Assembly: GCF_006345805.1 (NCBI RefSeq)
Contig: NC_043013.1
Coordinates: 18,972,001-19,036,000 of the forward strand
From: Octopus sinensis
Lineage: Eukaryota
DNA length: 64,000 nucleotides
Reading direction: 5' to 3'
Position 1 is the stretch's first letter; each line of letters begins with the position of its first letter. Position numbers and translations under genes: made by a program. This document shows positions 53,665-64,000 of this stretch, piece after piece. The notes beneath the pieces were generated by a model, which saw only the letters and a list, made by a program, of their open reading frames with translations, ran no database searches and was not told the origin of the DNA.

Positions 53665-54037
53665 GGGAAGCACTCTGTCGGTTACGACGACGAGGGTTCC
53701 GGTTGATCCGAATCAACGGAACAGCCTGCTCGTGAAATTAACGTGTAAGTGGCTGAGCACTCCACAGACACGTGTACCCCTAACGTAGTTCTCGATGATA
53801 TTCAGAGTGACAAAGCCGGCCCTTTGAAATACAGGTACAACAGAAACAGGAAGTAAGAGTGAGAGAAAGTTGTGGTGAAAGAGTACAGCAGGGATCACCA
53901 CCATCCCCTGCCGGAGCCTCGTGGATCTTTAGGTGTTTTCGCTCAATAAACACTCACAACGCCCGGTCTGGGAATCGAAACCGCGATCCTATGACCGCGA
54001 GTCCGCTGCCCTAACCACTGGGCCATTGCACCTCCAC
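53665..54037 (-). mobile_element. SINE family C, full length, with 12-bp target-site duplication
   Basis: AAATAATCAACT at 53653-53664 and 54038-54049. Confidence 0.9.
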
Positions 54038-54302
54038 AAATAATCAACTATTAGCTTAAAGAATGGCTCAACACAACCACTTTTGAGTTCGTAAAGATAT
54101 GTTATAGATTAATTTATTTTTTAAAATATGTTTCTGATTTCGGTCATTGAACTATGGACAAACAGGGGTGCCAACTTAAGAATTTTTAGTCCATCTGTTC
54201 AACCGCTGAACATATTTCAGGTTGTTTATATATATCATTCGTTCAGTTTGTTGGACGGCTAGTTCAAGTCAGGCTGAGTTCGAATTTGACGTTATCTTTT
54301 CG

Positions 54303-54359
<57 letters not shown>

Positions 54360-54371
54360 ATATATTATATA

Positions 54372-54403
<32 letters not shown>

Positions 54404-54446
54404 TAGACTGACAGGGTGACGAGAGATAACCATCCCATGAGATTTC

Positions 54447-54507
54447 GTAGGATCACTAGAATACACTAGTTTCGCATATCAGTCGTAGGCTCATCAGTAG
54501 TCACTAC
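54447..54507 (-). ncRNA. Degenerate hammerhead-like motif next to (TA)n
   Basis: CTGATGA (54491-54497) ... GAAAC; perfect stem III ACTAG/CTAGT with a 6-nt loop, but the cleavage position is G and stems I and II are weak. Confidence 0.4.
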
Positions 54508-55989
54508 TCAAATGTTCGATGGTTTGGCTAAATCCGGCATATATATATATTTTTTTTACCTGATAGTCAAATTTAGGCAAATTATCGAGTGTTTGAGCTG
54601 TCGCTACTGACAAGCCTACCTAACTTTGAAAATAGAAATTTTTCTCAACAACACTAAGAGTAAAACATGTTTTATACGACACATTCTACCAGTGTCCGAA
54701 GTTTAAAAGTGTTTAGTCACACAAAAAAAATAATAATTTCTCGATCTACCGTTCAAAGGGAAAAAATCCTTTTATCCTTTCGGGATCGATGAATTAAGTA
54801 CCAGTGAAACACTGGTGTCGATGTAATCGACTAGCTCCTTCCACCAAATTTCAGGTCTGGTGCCTTATTCCGTCCAGTTACGTACCATTATAGTGGTCAT
54901 TTGCAAACTCTAGAGGTGACACTTTCACTTCCCGTTAGCCCTCACATTACACAGTTGTTAATGTTTATTTAAGTTGGGTCACGGCCTTCCAATTGCTATA
55001 GATCCGTAATGCATCTTACGGCTGTGCCCGTCACCTGTATTTTGAGGAATCCTACACTGGGGAGTGTTAACGACTAGGAATGGGTATTTGACTGCCTATT
55101 GTGACCATTCGTCTTTTGGTTTTCTGTAGCTTTGCTCGCTTTTACAAACCCAGTGAGCATACATATATTTCCGATTTCAAAGAAAGGTGAATAATAGATA
55201 AAAGACACAAGTTAAAAAGATTCCCAACAACTCAACTTCTCTGGTTGACTTTAAGACGCCCATCCCCAAATGGAGCTTTGACTCCCATATTTTAGAACTC
55301 CATGAGCTCCATTTTTCAGTAGCAAAATCCTTTCAATAGGTTCCATAAGATTTGAATTTTGGAATCTGGGCTTAAAGATGAGTACTATGAGATAAATGTG
55401 TCATGATTAGTTTTTGTTAGGGTGTGTAAAGAGGAAAAGAGCCCTCATTAAAATTCTTTATCTGCAATTTTGATGAAATTCGCATCATCGCTCTACCAGT
55501 TCATTAGAGAAAATATAAAAGAAAAGTCTAATTCTTCAGTTCCATGTGACACGGGCAACGCTGGGTATCTCAGGTAGCGTGTGTATGTGTATATATATAT
55601 ATTTATTTATACCAGAAGTGTCGTATAGGTTTGACGAGTTAAGCAAAATAATTGAGATTCAGATGAATAAGGCGCCTCAACTTAAGTATCTAATTCATCT
55701 GAATATAAATATATATATATGTGTGTGTGTGTGTATAATACACACACACACATGCACATATATGTATATATATAGATTTGGAGAGAGAGAGAGAGAGAGA
55801 GAGATACATACATATATATATATATATATGTATACACATATATATATGTATGTATACATACTGTGTGTGATGAGTAAATCGTTGCCATTTTATATAATAT
55901 TTTGAAATTTACGCATGAACCTTGTTCGTTCTAGATATTGTCAACTACACAGTATCGTAGGGTCAGTTCGGCACCCTCTGTGAAACAAA

Positions 55990-56592
55990 CACCACCATAA
56001 CACAATTCACTCTACAAGAAATGTGGAAATGACATGTTGTACTTCTTGGCATTCGCACCGGAAGGTCCATTACAAATATTTCAGATTATTTGGATGTCAG
56101 TCTGAGAACATATGCCGAAAGTGATAAAAACATCCAGTCAACATCATGTTGTTTGGAGTGATCACTAGTGACGTCGATCTTATGCATCCATTGATCGTCG
56201 TTCAGGGCTTGAGACTCAACATGGAGACCTTCATCAAGTGCATGGAGTATTTACCTAACTCCCCAGACTGCAACCCCCTTGATTATTATGTGTGGGACGC
56301 ATTTGAGCGAGAGACCAACAAAACGCCTTGTAACACCAAAAATAAACTGAAGACAAGGATTACGGCAGCATTCACCAACTTCAACAAGGAGACTGTCCAG
56401 AAGAGTTGCAAGAGATTCCGAAGTCGTTTGATGGCCGTGGTTGAAGCCAATGGCGATTTTATTGAATTAATTTATTCTAGAATTTCAAGATATTTTAATG
56501 TAGTTTTGGTAAATATATCTGTTAAAACGAGATGTGAGTGTTATTTACATTTTTGCATGATTTAAACGGCAGTTTATTCACCGCACTCTGTA
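55990..56592 (+). mobile_element. Tc1/mariner-superfamily (maT/rosa-like) transposase remnant, internally deleted
   Basis: HPVNIMLFGVITSD, PNSPDCNPLDYYVW, CKRFRSRLMAVVEANGDFIE*; the segment with the second catalytic Asp is missing between FIKCME and PNSPD. Confidence 0.75.
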
Positions 56593-57054
56593 AATATGCA
56601 CTCTTACACTCAAACACACAAATGTATGCGTGTGTGTGTGTGTGTGTACTTGTCTCTGGTGGATTTAATTGATGTAATTTTTCCCTGATAGAAGTTTACG
56701 TAGAATACGGGTGGGTCTTCTTATCCACTAAATCCCATTATTAAACAGTTTTAAAAGAGATCCTTATAACAATATCTCTACAGCAATCGCTGAATGTGTA
56801 TTGTATCAGTCTTTTGTGGTTGTTTGTGTCAACTCTGAAAGCATTGCTCTGTGTAATATGACGTGTCAGCCTTTACAAAGTTTGTCCTTTGGTGCAACTA
56901 GAACAATATATAAAGACAAAAGCTGTATGAGTAGCAGGAAAAAGACATTAGATCGATATATAATGTAACAGTAGCAAAAAATTGCAGAAATTTCGATTTC
57001 TGTAATATTTGATTTTGTTTCAATATTTAAACGATCGTTCAATATTAATAAAAC

Positions 57055-57660
57055 CTATGAGGCGGAGGGATGGCAGAATTAAAAGCACCCGGAGCAAAAT
57101 TCATAGCGGCATTTCGTTCGTCGAAAGGCGGCAAGCTGGCAGAAACGTTAGCACGCCGGGCGAAATGCTTAGCGGTATTTCGTCTGCCGTCACGTTCTGA
57201 GTTCAAATTCCGCCGAGGTCAACTTTACCTTTCATCCTTTCGGGGTCAATAAATTAAGTACCAGTTACGCACTGGGGTCGATATAATCGACTTAATCCGT
57301 TTGTCTGTCCTTGTTTGTCCTCTCTGTGTTTAGCCCGTTGTGGGTAGTAAGGAAATAGGCATTTCGTTCGCCGTTACTCTTTGAGTTCAAATTCCGCTGA
57401 GTTCGACACTGCATTTCGTTCTCTCGGCGTCGATAATTTAAGAACCAGTTGAGTGCAGGCGTCGATGTAATCGCCTTATCCCCTCCTCCGACATTGCAGG
57501 CCTTGTGTCAGAATTTGAAATCAGTACTAATAAAATGTATAAGGCGGACGCTGGCAGAAACGTTAGCATGCCGGGCGAAATGCTAAGCAAAATTTCATCC
57601 TTCCTAACATTCTGAGTTCAAATTCTACCCACGTTGAATTTGCCTATCAATATTGATAAA
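57055..57660 (+). mobile_element. SINE family B cluster and multimer
   Basis: aaggcggcaagctggcagaaacg head at about 57125; junction near 57350. Confidence 0.85.
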
Positions 57661-58532
57661 ATCCATGAAGCACGATGGCCTCAGCTGTTGGTGTTGTCTT
57701 GGTTCTCAGAGGTAATTTGGCGCTGATGATAATATACGAACTGCTGATACGACGATTCGTTGTTTGATCTATCGTTCACTTGTTCGTGAACCTACATCAC
57801 GAATAAATGGCCACATTGATACAGTTTTGAAGGTAAGAAACAAGAAATATGATTTAGCATGTTGAATAGTTAACGGCAGTTACTTTTGAGTTGTGGTGCT
57901 GCCGAATTCAACCTTGCTTTTTTTTTCTCGTCGGGGTCGATAAAATAAAGTATTCGTAACGATGTAACCAATTTATACCCTCTATTCAAAAACTAGCTGG
58001 CCTCGAACTTGCAAGGGGTTGGCGTTCCATCCAATATTATGTTCTCGGTCACTTATAGGCCATGAAAACCGAATGTGTGTGTGTGTGTTGTGTGTGTGTG
58101 TGTGTGTGCCTCGAGAGCACACACACACACTTACAATCATAAACACACGCATATATACATAGAGGGCAAAGTGCGTAAACCCACCCAAGTGTACATAAGA
58201 AGACTATATTCTCCTTGCTGTAATATGTACGGTATGAAAGTTTCAGCCAAATTACTGTAAATATAGACTGCGAAATGATTTACAAGGTGAAAGCGTTAAA
58301 TCCACTTGGGTACAATGTTAAGGAATCAGTTTCCCAAGTTATAATATGTAAAATGCAAAGGTCCACAAATTGTGTAGATAGATTTAATTCACTTCACCGC
58401 ATTTTGGGGTTCTACTAGTATTTCTTTTCATCGATTCTAGCAGAATAATCTCACAACACATTGTGTCCGAAGATTAATTGATACTACTTTTAGTACAATA
58501 GGGATGCACCCTCTAACCACTGAGCCATGTGA

Positions 58533-58805
58533 AGGTGCATGGCTCGTGAAGTGGTGAGTTCGATTCTCGGAGCAGGCTGTGTATTGTGTTCTTGGGCAAG
58601 ACACTTTATTTCACGTCGCCACAGCTCACTCAGCAGTGGAAATGAGTTGCACCGTAACTGATGCCAAAGATGTATTGGCCGTTGCCTTTTCCTTGGATAA
58701 CATGGAGAAGCTAGTCTGGTATTCTTGGGCGACTGCCGGTCTTCCATAATCAACCTTACTCGGACTTGTGCATCGGATGGAAACTTTTTAGGTGCAAAGC
58801 CCATG
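58533..58805 (+). mobile_element. SINE family D (diverged), head and central block shared with 62723-63054 but a different tail
   Basis: gagttcgattc...ttgtgttcttgggcaagacactttatttcacgt...cactcagc. Confidence 0.65.
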
Positions 58806-59574
58806 GTCATTCATGAACGAAGGGATTATTTTACCTCTATTTTAAGTAAATATTTATCCATTCTAACGTTACATCAGACTTGGGTTGCTTTAATATCAGT
58901 TTCTAATACTCTTTCATGCTCAGAAAACTTTGAAGTGAGAGAGGGATATAATAGGTTAGGAGTGATATCAACTCATACTCCAGTATACTGCGCTCTACCT
59001 TATGACATCGATGCACTGAATTATAAAATACTAATCGACCTCGATAGGTGATGCTTTCATAACTGTTTGGCAGTTTTTTCGAAACTAGTAAACATAAGGA
59101 ATGGCGAAATCATCAGGATTGAGACTTACCACATACATAGCAGATATCGGCAGTGATTCAGTACGTCAAAACTTCGATCATATATCCTTGACACACATAA
59201 CAAAACAACAACAAAGACTATACATTATTTTTGTTTTTTATATTTAACGTCCAAGGCTTTATTTATGTTTGTTACTATACCCTTATTTCACCCGAAGTTT
59301 GACTCATTCACGTATTGAAACGAACATAAAAATAATGTGTGTGTGTGGGGGGGGGGGGTCTATTAACAAAAGAAAGCTATAAAAAGGAAGCTAAGTAGTT
59401 AACTTTAAATAACTATTTACGTCAACTTACGTTTATGTTCCACGAATACTCTTCAGAGACCATCAGACCATGACATCCATTATTGCGGTGCATGTGCACA
59501 CATACATACATACTTACATACATACATACATACACACACACAAATGTGTTTTTGTGTGTATACAGACATCCTTT

Positions 59575-59970
59575 TCTGTTCTACTCTAGGCACAAAGCCC
59601 GAAATTTGGGGGAAGGTCAGTCGATTAGATCTACCCCAGTATGCAACTGGTACTTAATTTATCGACCCCGAAAGGATGAAAGGCAAAGGCGACCTCGGCG
59701 AAATTTTAATTCAGAACGTAGCGGCAGACGAAATACCTATTTTTTTTTACTACCCACAAGGGGCTAAACACAGAGGGGACAAAGAAGGACAGACAAATGG
59801 ATTAAGTCGATTATATCGACCCCAGTGCGTAACTGGTACTTAATTTATCGACCCCCAAAGGATGAAAGGCAAAGTCGACCTAGGCAGAATTTGAACTCAG
59901 TACGTAACGGCAGACGAAATACGGCTACGCATTTCGCCCGGCGTGCTAACGTTTCTGCCAGATCGCCGCC
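59575..59970 (-). mobile_element. SINE family B dimer
   Basis: Family consensus; junction near 59735. Confidence 0.9.
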
Positions 59971-60619
59971 TGTTCATATACAGACATCAGAAAAGTAAAG
60001 TGACATTCTCGTTATAGCGTTTTATTTGTGCTGACACAACGTAATGCATTATCGTTTTCCATTTCAATTTACAGTATATTAATTGTTTATAGCATATAGC
60101 CACGTCGCAGACACTAGAAATAAAAGAGTTGTCCGACTTTCAAAGAAAGAATATTGTGGGCGGGGTTTGTAGGCGCAAAATCAAAATTTACACACCTACT
60201 TACTTTTTCCAGGTCTAGAAAACAGTTATCTGTAAAACGTAGCTTGAAGTTAGGTTTCTTCTCAAAGAAAAACAAAATTAAAGGACGTTAGAACCTTGTT
60301 TGCAAATATTTTGGACTTGGATTTGCACCCACTAAGCAAATTTCGTTCCCGATCCAGTGATTGTGGGGCAATCTTGATGATGGACATAGCTGGTGCAAGA
60401 TTCCACAAATTGTTGATATTTCTCTTGCCGCAGTCAACAGAGTAATTCCAGAGGAAAATAAACATCAGCAAAAGAAAGGAATCACCAAAATCCCGCTCAG
60501 CTTGACCTGAGACCTCTGACATGTTTTGGGTCTGCCAAGTGGATTGTCGAAAATAATCGCCGTTGCAAGGCAGCCGATGGTTCCGAGCAACTCCACATGA
60601 GTCAAAGTGCTTCTCTGAG

Positions 60620-61036
60620 GTATCTATTTCTTTACTGTCCACAAGGGGCTAAACACAGAGAGGACAAACAAAGATAGACAAACGGATTAAGTCGATTATA
60701 TCGACCCCAGGCAACTGTTCCTTATTTTTTCGACCCCGAAAGGATGAAAGGCAAAGTCGACCTCAGCGGAATTTGAAATCAGAACCTAGCGGCAGACGAA
60801 ATACCTATTTCTTTATTACCCACAAGGGACCAAAGATAGAGGGGACAAACAAGGACAGACATAGGGATTAAGTCGATTACATCGACCCCAGTATGCAACT
60901 GGTACTTAATTTATCGACCCCGAAAGGATGAAAGGCAAAGTCGACCTCGGCAGAATTTGAACTCAGAACGTAGCGGCAGACCAAATACCGCTAAGCATTT
61001 CGCCCAGCGTGCTAACGATTCTGCCAGCTCGCCGCC
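60620..61036 (-). mobile_element. SINE family B multimer
   Basis: Family consensus; junctions near 60800 and 60622. Confidence 0.9.
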
Positions 61037-61720
61037 TTGTACTTCTCTGAGGTATCACCACCAGCTTGGGTACTATTGCAGAGCAGGAAGGAGGAAACCT
61101 CTTCTTCAACCAGCAAATTTCGAAACAAGAAAGGAGAAATAAATCTCTCAAAAACGATGTCAATTTACTCTTTTTGAGATGCCTACGTATTTATACAAGC
61201 CGTATACACATAATAGCAGGCTTATATATCCAAATCTATTATAACAATCCATAGAAAACTATATAATCATACGACTTAATATCTTTAATTGCTTTTTTAA
61301 AGACGCCAATAAACTTCGGTTAGCCTCGGAACACGAATTTTTTTTATTATTGTTTCCCTCCACTCAAGGAATCCAGAAAAAAAAAGTGGTGCAATCTCAA
61401 CTCCATATAGGCACACACCCCTCACCCACCAAAACAAAAGCAAAAAATATTAAATTATATTTTACGCTTACAATTTTTATTTTTAAAAATGTTCCTGTAA
61501 AAATATTTTCCCAATATATATTTTCTCTAATTTCCTAATAAACAACTTCTTTTACAAGATCTCTTTCTATGTTTGGTAGTAGAGAGAGGAGGTCGTATTC
61601 TTTGTTTTCCTGTTAAGAGCTAAAAAGAATAAATTTTATTGAAAGTTTGCAAAGCTTATGACTCAATTCGTTGAAAACCTATCTAACTTCAAATAGTAAG
61701 GAATCCGAATCGAACAGCTT

Positions 61721-61893
<173 letters not shown>

Positions 61894-62169
61894 CGTGATC
61901 ACCGTGACCGACAAGTCTATCAGATTTTGTATATTTTGCTACACATCGCTGGTCACAATGTATTTTTATTGTGGTGTTATATGGTTTGTGTAGCTCTAGT
62001 TTTCCTCTACAACTTTTATTTATCGTCTTTTTAGATTTGAATTTCAGACATATGACGGTGGAGGGTCAAGTAGAAAAAAAAGATGAATACTGCTGTTCTT
62101 CAGTTTCACTCAAGAGTCCAAACTTGCTAAGTCTCTTGAGACATTTGTACTGTGTACACAAAAAAACGC

Positions 62170-63120
62170 TTTCACTTAAAATAATGCAATGAAACGATTC
62201 TCTCGCTTCAAGGACGGGAAATTCTACCTCACAAACTCTTTGTGTTCCGAAAGGCACGTGCAGTTCCATGGAGATCAATTAAACGAGCTCATCCACGAGG
62301 GTCCGCACCAATCTACGTGGGTATTGATCCAGCACGTGGGAGGATTTCCTGATCTTGTCGCCTGTCAGCTTCTGTCGGTGAGTAGGATCCTAAAAGTCGG
62401 TGTATGAGTTTCACGCTCTGAATGAAAGAGACAAACTAGAGCACGTCTCTATTGTCGCCAGTTTGCTTGTTCAATAACGGTCAACTCATTAACACAAACA
62501 CAGATTTCTTTGCCGCAATGTCACCAGTGATGATAAAATGGCGTTTTTATGTGAATATAAAGTGGAGGAAAGAATGGCTGAATCCTGATAAGAAAGCTAC
62601 ATCTCGAGCCAAGTCAGAGCTGCACCCACACAAGATAATAATCAGCATTTGGAGAGATGGGGAAGGGCTACTGCACTACAAAATGCTTGGAAACAACTAC
62701 ATGATCAACGTAGGAATCCAGCGGTGAGGGCGCGTGGCTTAGTGGTTAGGGCATTCGGCTCATGATCGTAAGGTTGTGAGTTCGATTCCCGGCGACGCGT
62801 TGTGTCCTTGAGCAAGACACTTTATTTCACGTTGCTCCAGTCCACTCAGCTGGCAAAAATGAGTAGTACTTGTATTTCAAAGGGTCATCCTTGTCACTCT
62901 CTGTGTCACGCTGATTATCCCCGAGAACTACGTTAAGGGTACACATGTCTGTGGAATGCTCAGCCATTTGCACGTTAATTTCACGAGCAAGCTGTTCCGT
63001 TGATCGTATCAGCTGGGACCCTCGTCGTCGTAACCGGCGGAAACTTTTTTTTTTTAGGAATCCAGCTGAAGCGACCTCACTGGTGGAAGGATGCGCTTCT
63101 TTAGAACGACAACACTCAGT
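62170..63120 (+). mobile_element. Degenerate mariner, interrupted by a SINE
   Basis: RFSRFKDGKF...GDQLNELIHEGPHQST; YVNIKWRKEWLNPDKKATSRAKSELHPHK; after the SINE KRP...NDN. Confidence 0.75.
62723..63054 (+). mobile_element. SINE family D, full length, with a T-run tail and 12-bp target-site duplication
   Basis: TAGGAATCCAGC at 62711-62722 and 63055-63066; tRNA-like head gggcgcgtggcttagtgg...gagttcgattccc. Confidence 0.9.
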
Positions 63121-63124
63121 CCTT

Positions 63125-64000
63125 CGTTGATACAGTTCTTTCATTGATGTGGCAGTGTTTGGATCGTATTGGTGAAGAGGTTTTCATCCTGTCGGTAAAA
63201 ACATTCATCAACAGCATATATGACGTCATTACTGCGACACTAGTTCCCAGTCAAGTTTTTTTTCTTATTGGCTAACAGATGATAATCAAATGGGGCCAAA
63301 TCAGGGGAATAGGGAGACTGTGGAACCAGTTCAAAAGTCATAGTCATGCAAGGACTTATATACTGGAGCACTGTTCTGAAAAATCAAAATCCCATTTCAC
63401 AGTTTTCCTGGGCGTTTGGTGTTGATAGCTTTTAATAACTAACTCAGCATTTTGGCAATGTAATATCCACTGAAAATATACAAAATTGATTTTTGCTTCC
63501 CACAAAAACTGAGGCCACTACCTTCGCTTCAGCTGAAACGACCGTGCCCTTCATGGGAGCAGGTGAGTAGGGGTGTTTCGTTGCCGTTGCATATATTGTC
63601 TTTTTTCTCTGGTTCAAAGCATGGAACCCATTTTGATGATGTGTCAGAAGATGTGGCACCTACCGTGCAGAAACATTCATCATGCCAAGTTCTTTGCGCA
63701 GGATATTCTCAACTCTTTCATAGGATATGCAATAGCAATGGCTATTTGATTCATAGTCGATAGCTTGCCATCCATCTGCATATGGTGAACACGAATAATG
63801 TTTTCCTTGCTGGTGGGAGTTGTAGGACATCAAGACTGCAGGTAATTTTCAAGACTTTCTCCTTTGTCTCCTAAATTCAGCTGCTCAGTTTTGCACTGTT
63901 TATGAAGCTGGAATGTCATCCCCAAATATAGCAAGCATATCAGCATGAAAGTGCATTGGGGGGCATAAACCCTTTCTCTGCAGCTACTTGATAACACTAC
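63125..64000 (-). mobile_element. Degenerate mariner transposase, probably continuing beyond the right edge
   Basis: PHLLTHHQ, SAEAKVVASVF, QSPYSPDLAPFDYHLL. Confidence 0.75.

Noticed and set aside
60120-60620. Tc1-like fragments (KELSDFQR; APQSLD) and the 126-aa ORF
   Set aside because: Motif matches are short and on opposite strands; the ORF has no coherent domain.

Overview
AT-rich, repeat-saturated animal DNA. The repeat families look like those of octopus (coleoid cephalopod) genomes; this is inference from pattern recognition, not a search. One host gene can be reconstructed on the minus strand from splice sites whose phases agree: an exon ending in the ATG alone (8662-8802), a 46-nt signal-peptide exon (6140-6185), a Thr-rich mucin-like exon (4230-4388) and two NIDO-domain exons (3205-3314, 630-938). 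It continues off the left edge. I found no other supportable host exons in the remaining ~55 kb. That region holds two CR1-type LINEs (one near full length), two Dong/R4-type RLE LINEs, RTE and L1/Tx1 fragments, Penelope-like remnants, several Tc1/mariner fossils, at least four tRNA-derived SINE types, foldback elements and long microsatellites. The most notable unexplained structures are: (TA)n-flanked modules carrying hammerhead-ribozyme cores (best at 15292-15374, with a GUC site); a 136-bp near-perfect hairpin inside an intron of the gene; a SINE multimerised through one conserved junction; SINE and LINE 3' ends that match within the window; and head/tail shuffling between SINEs.
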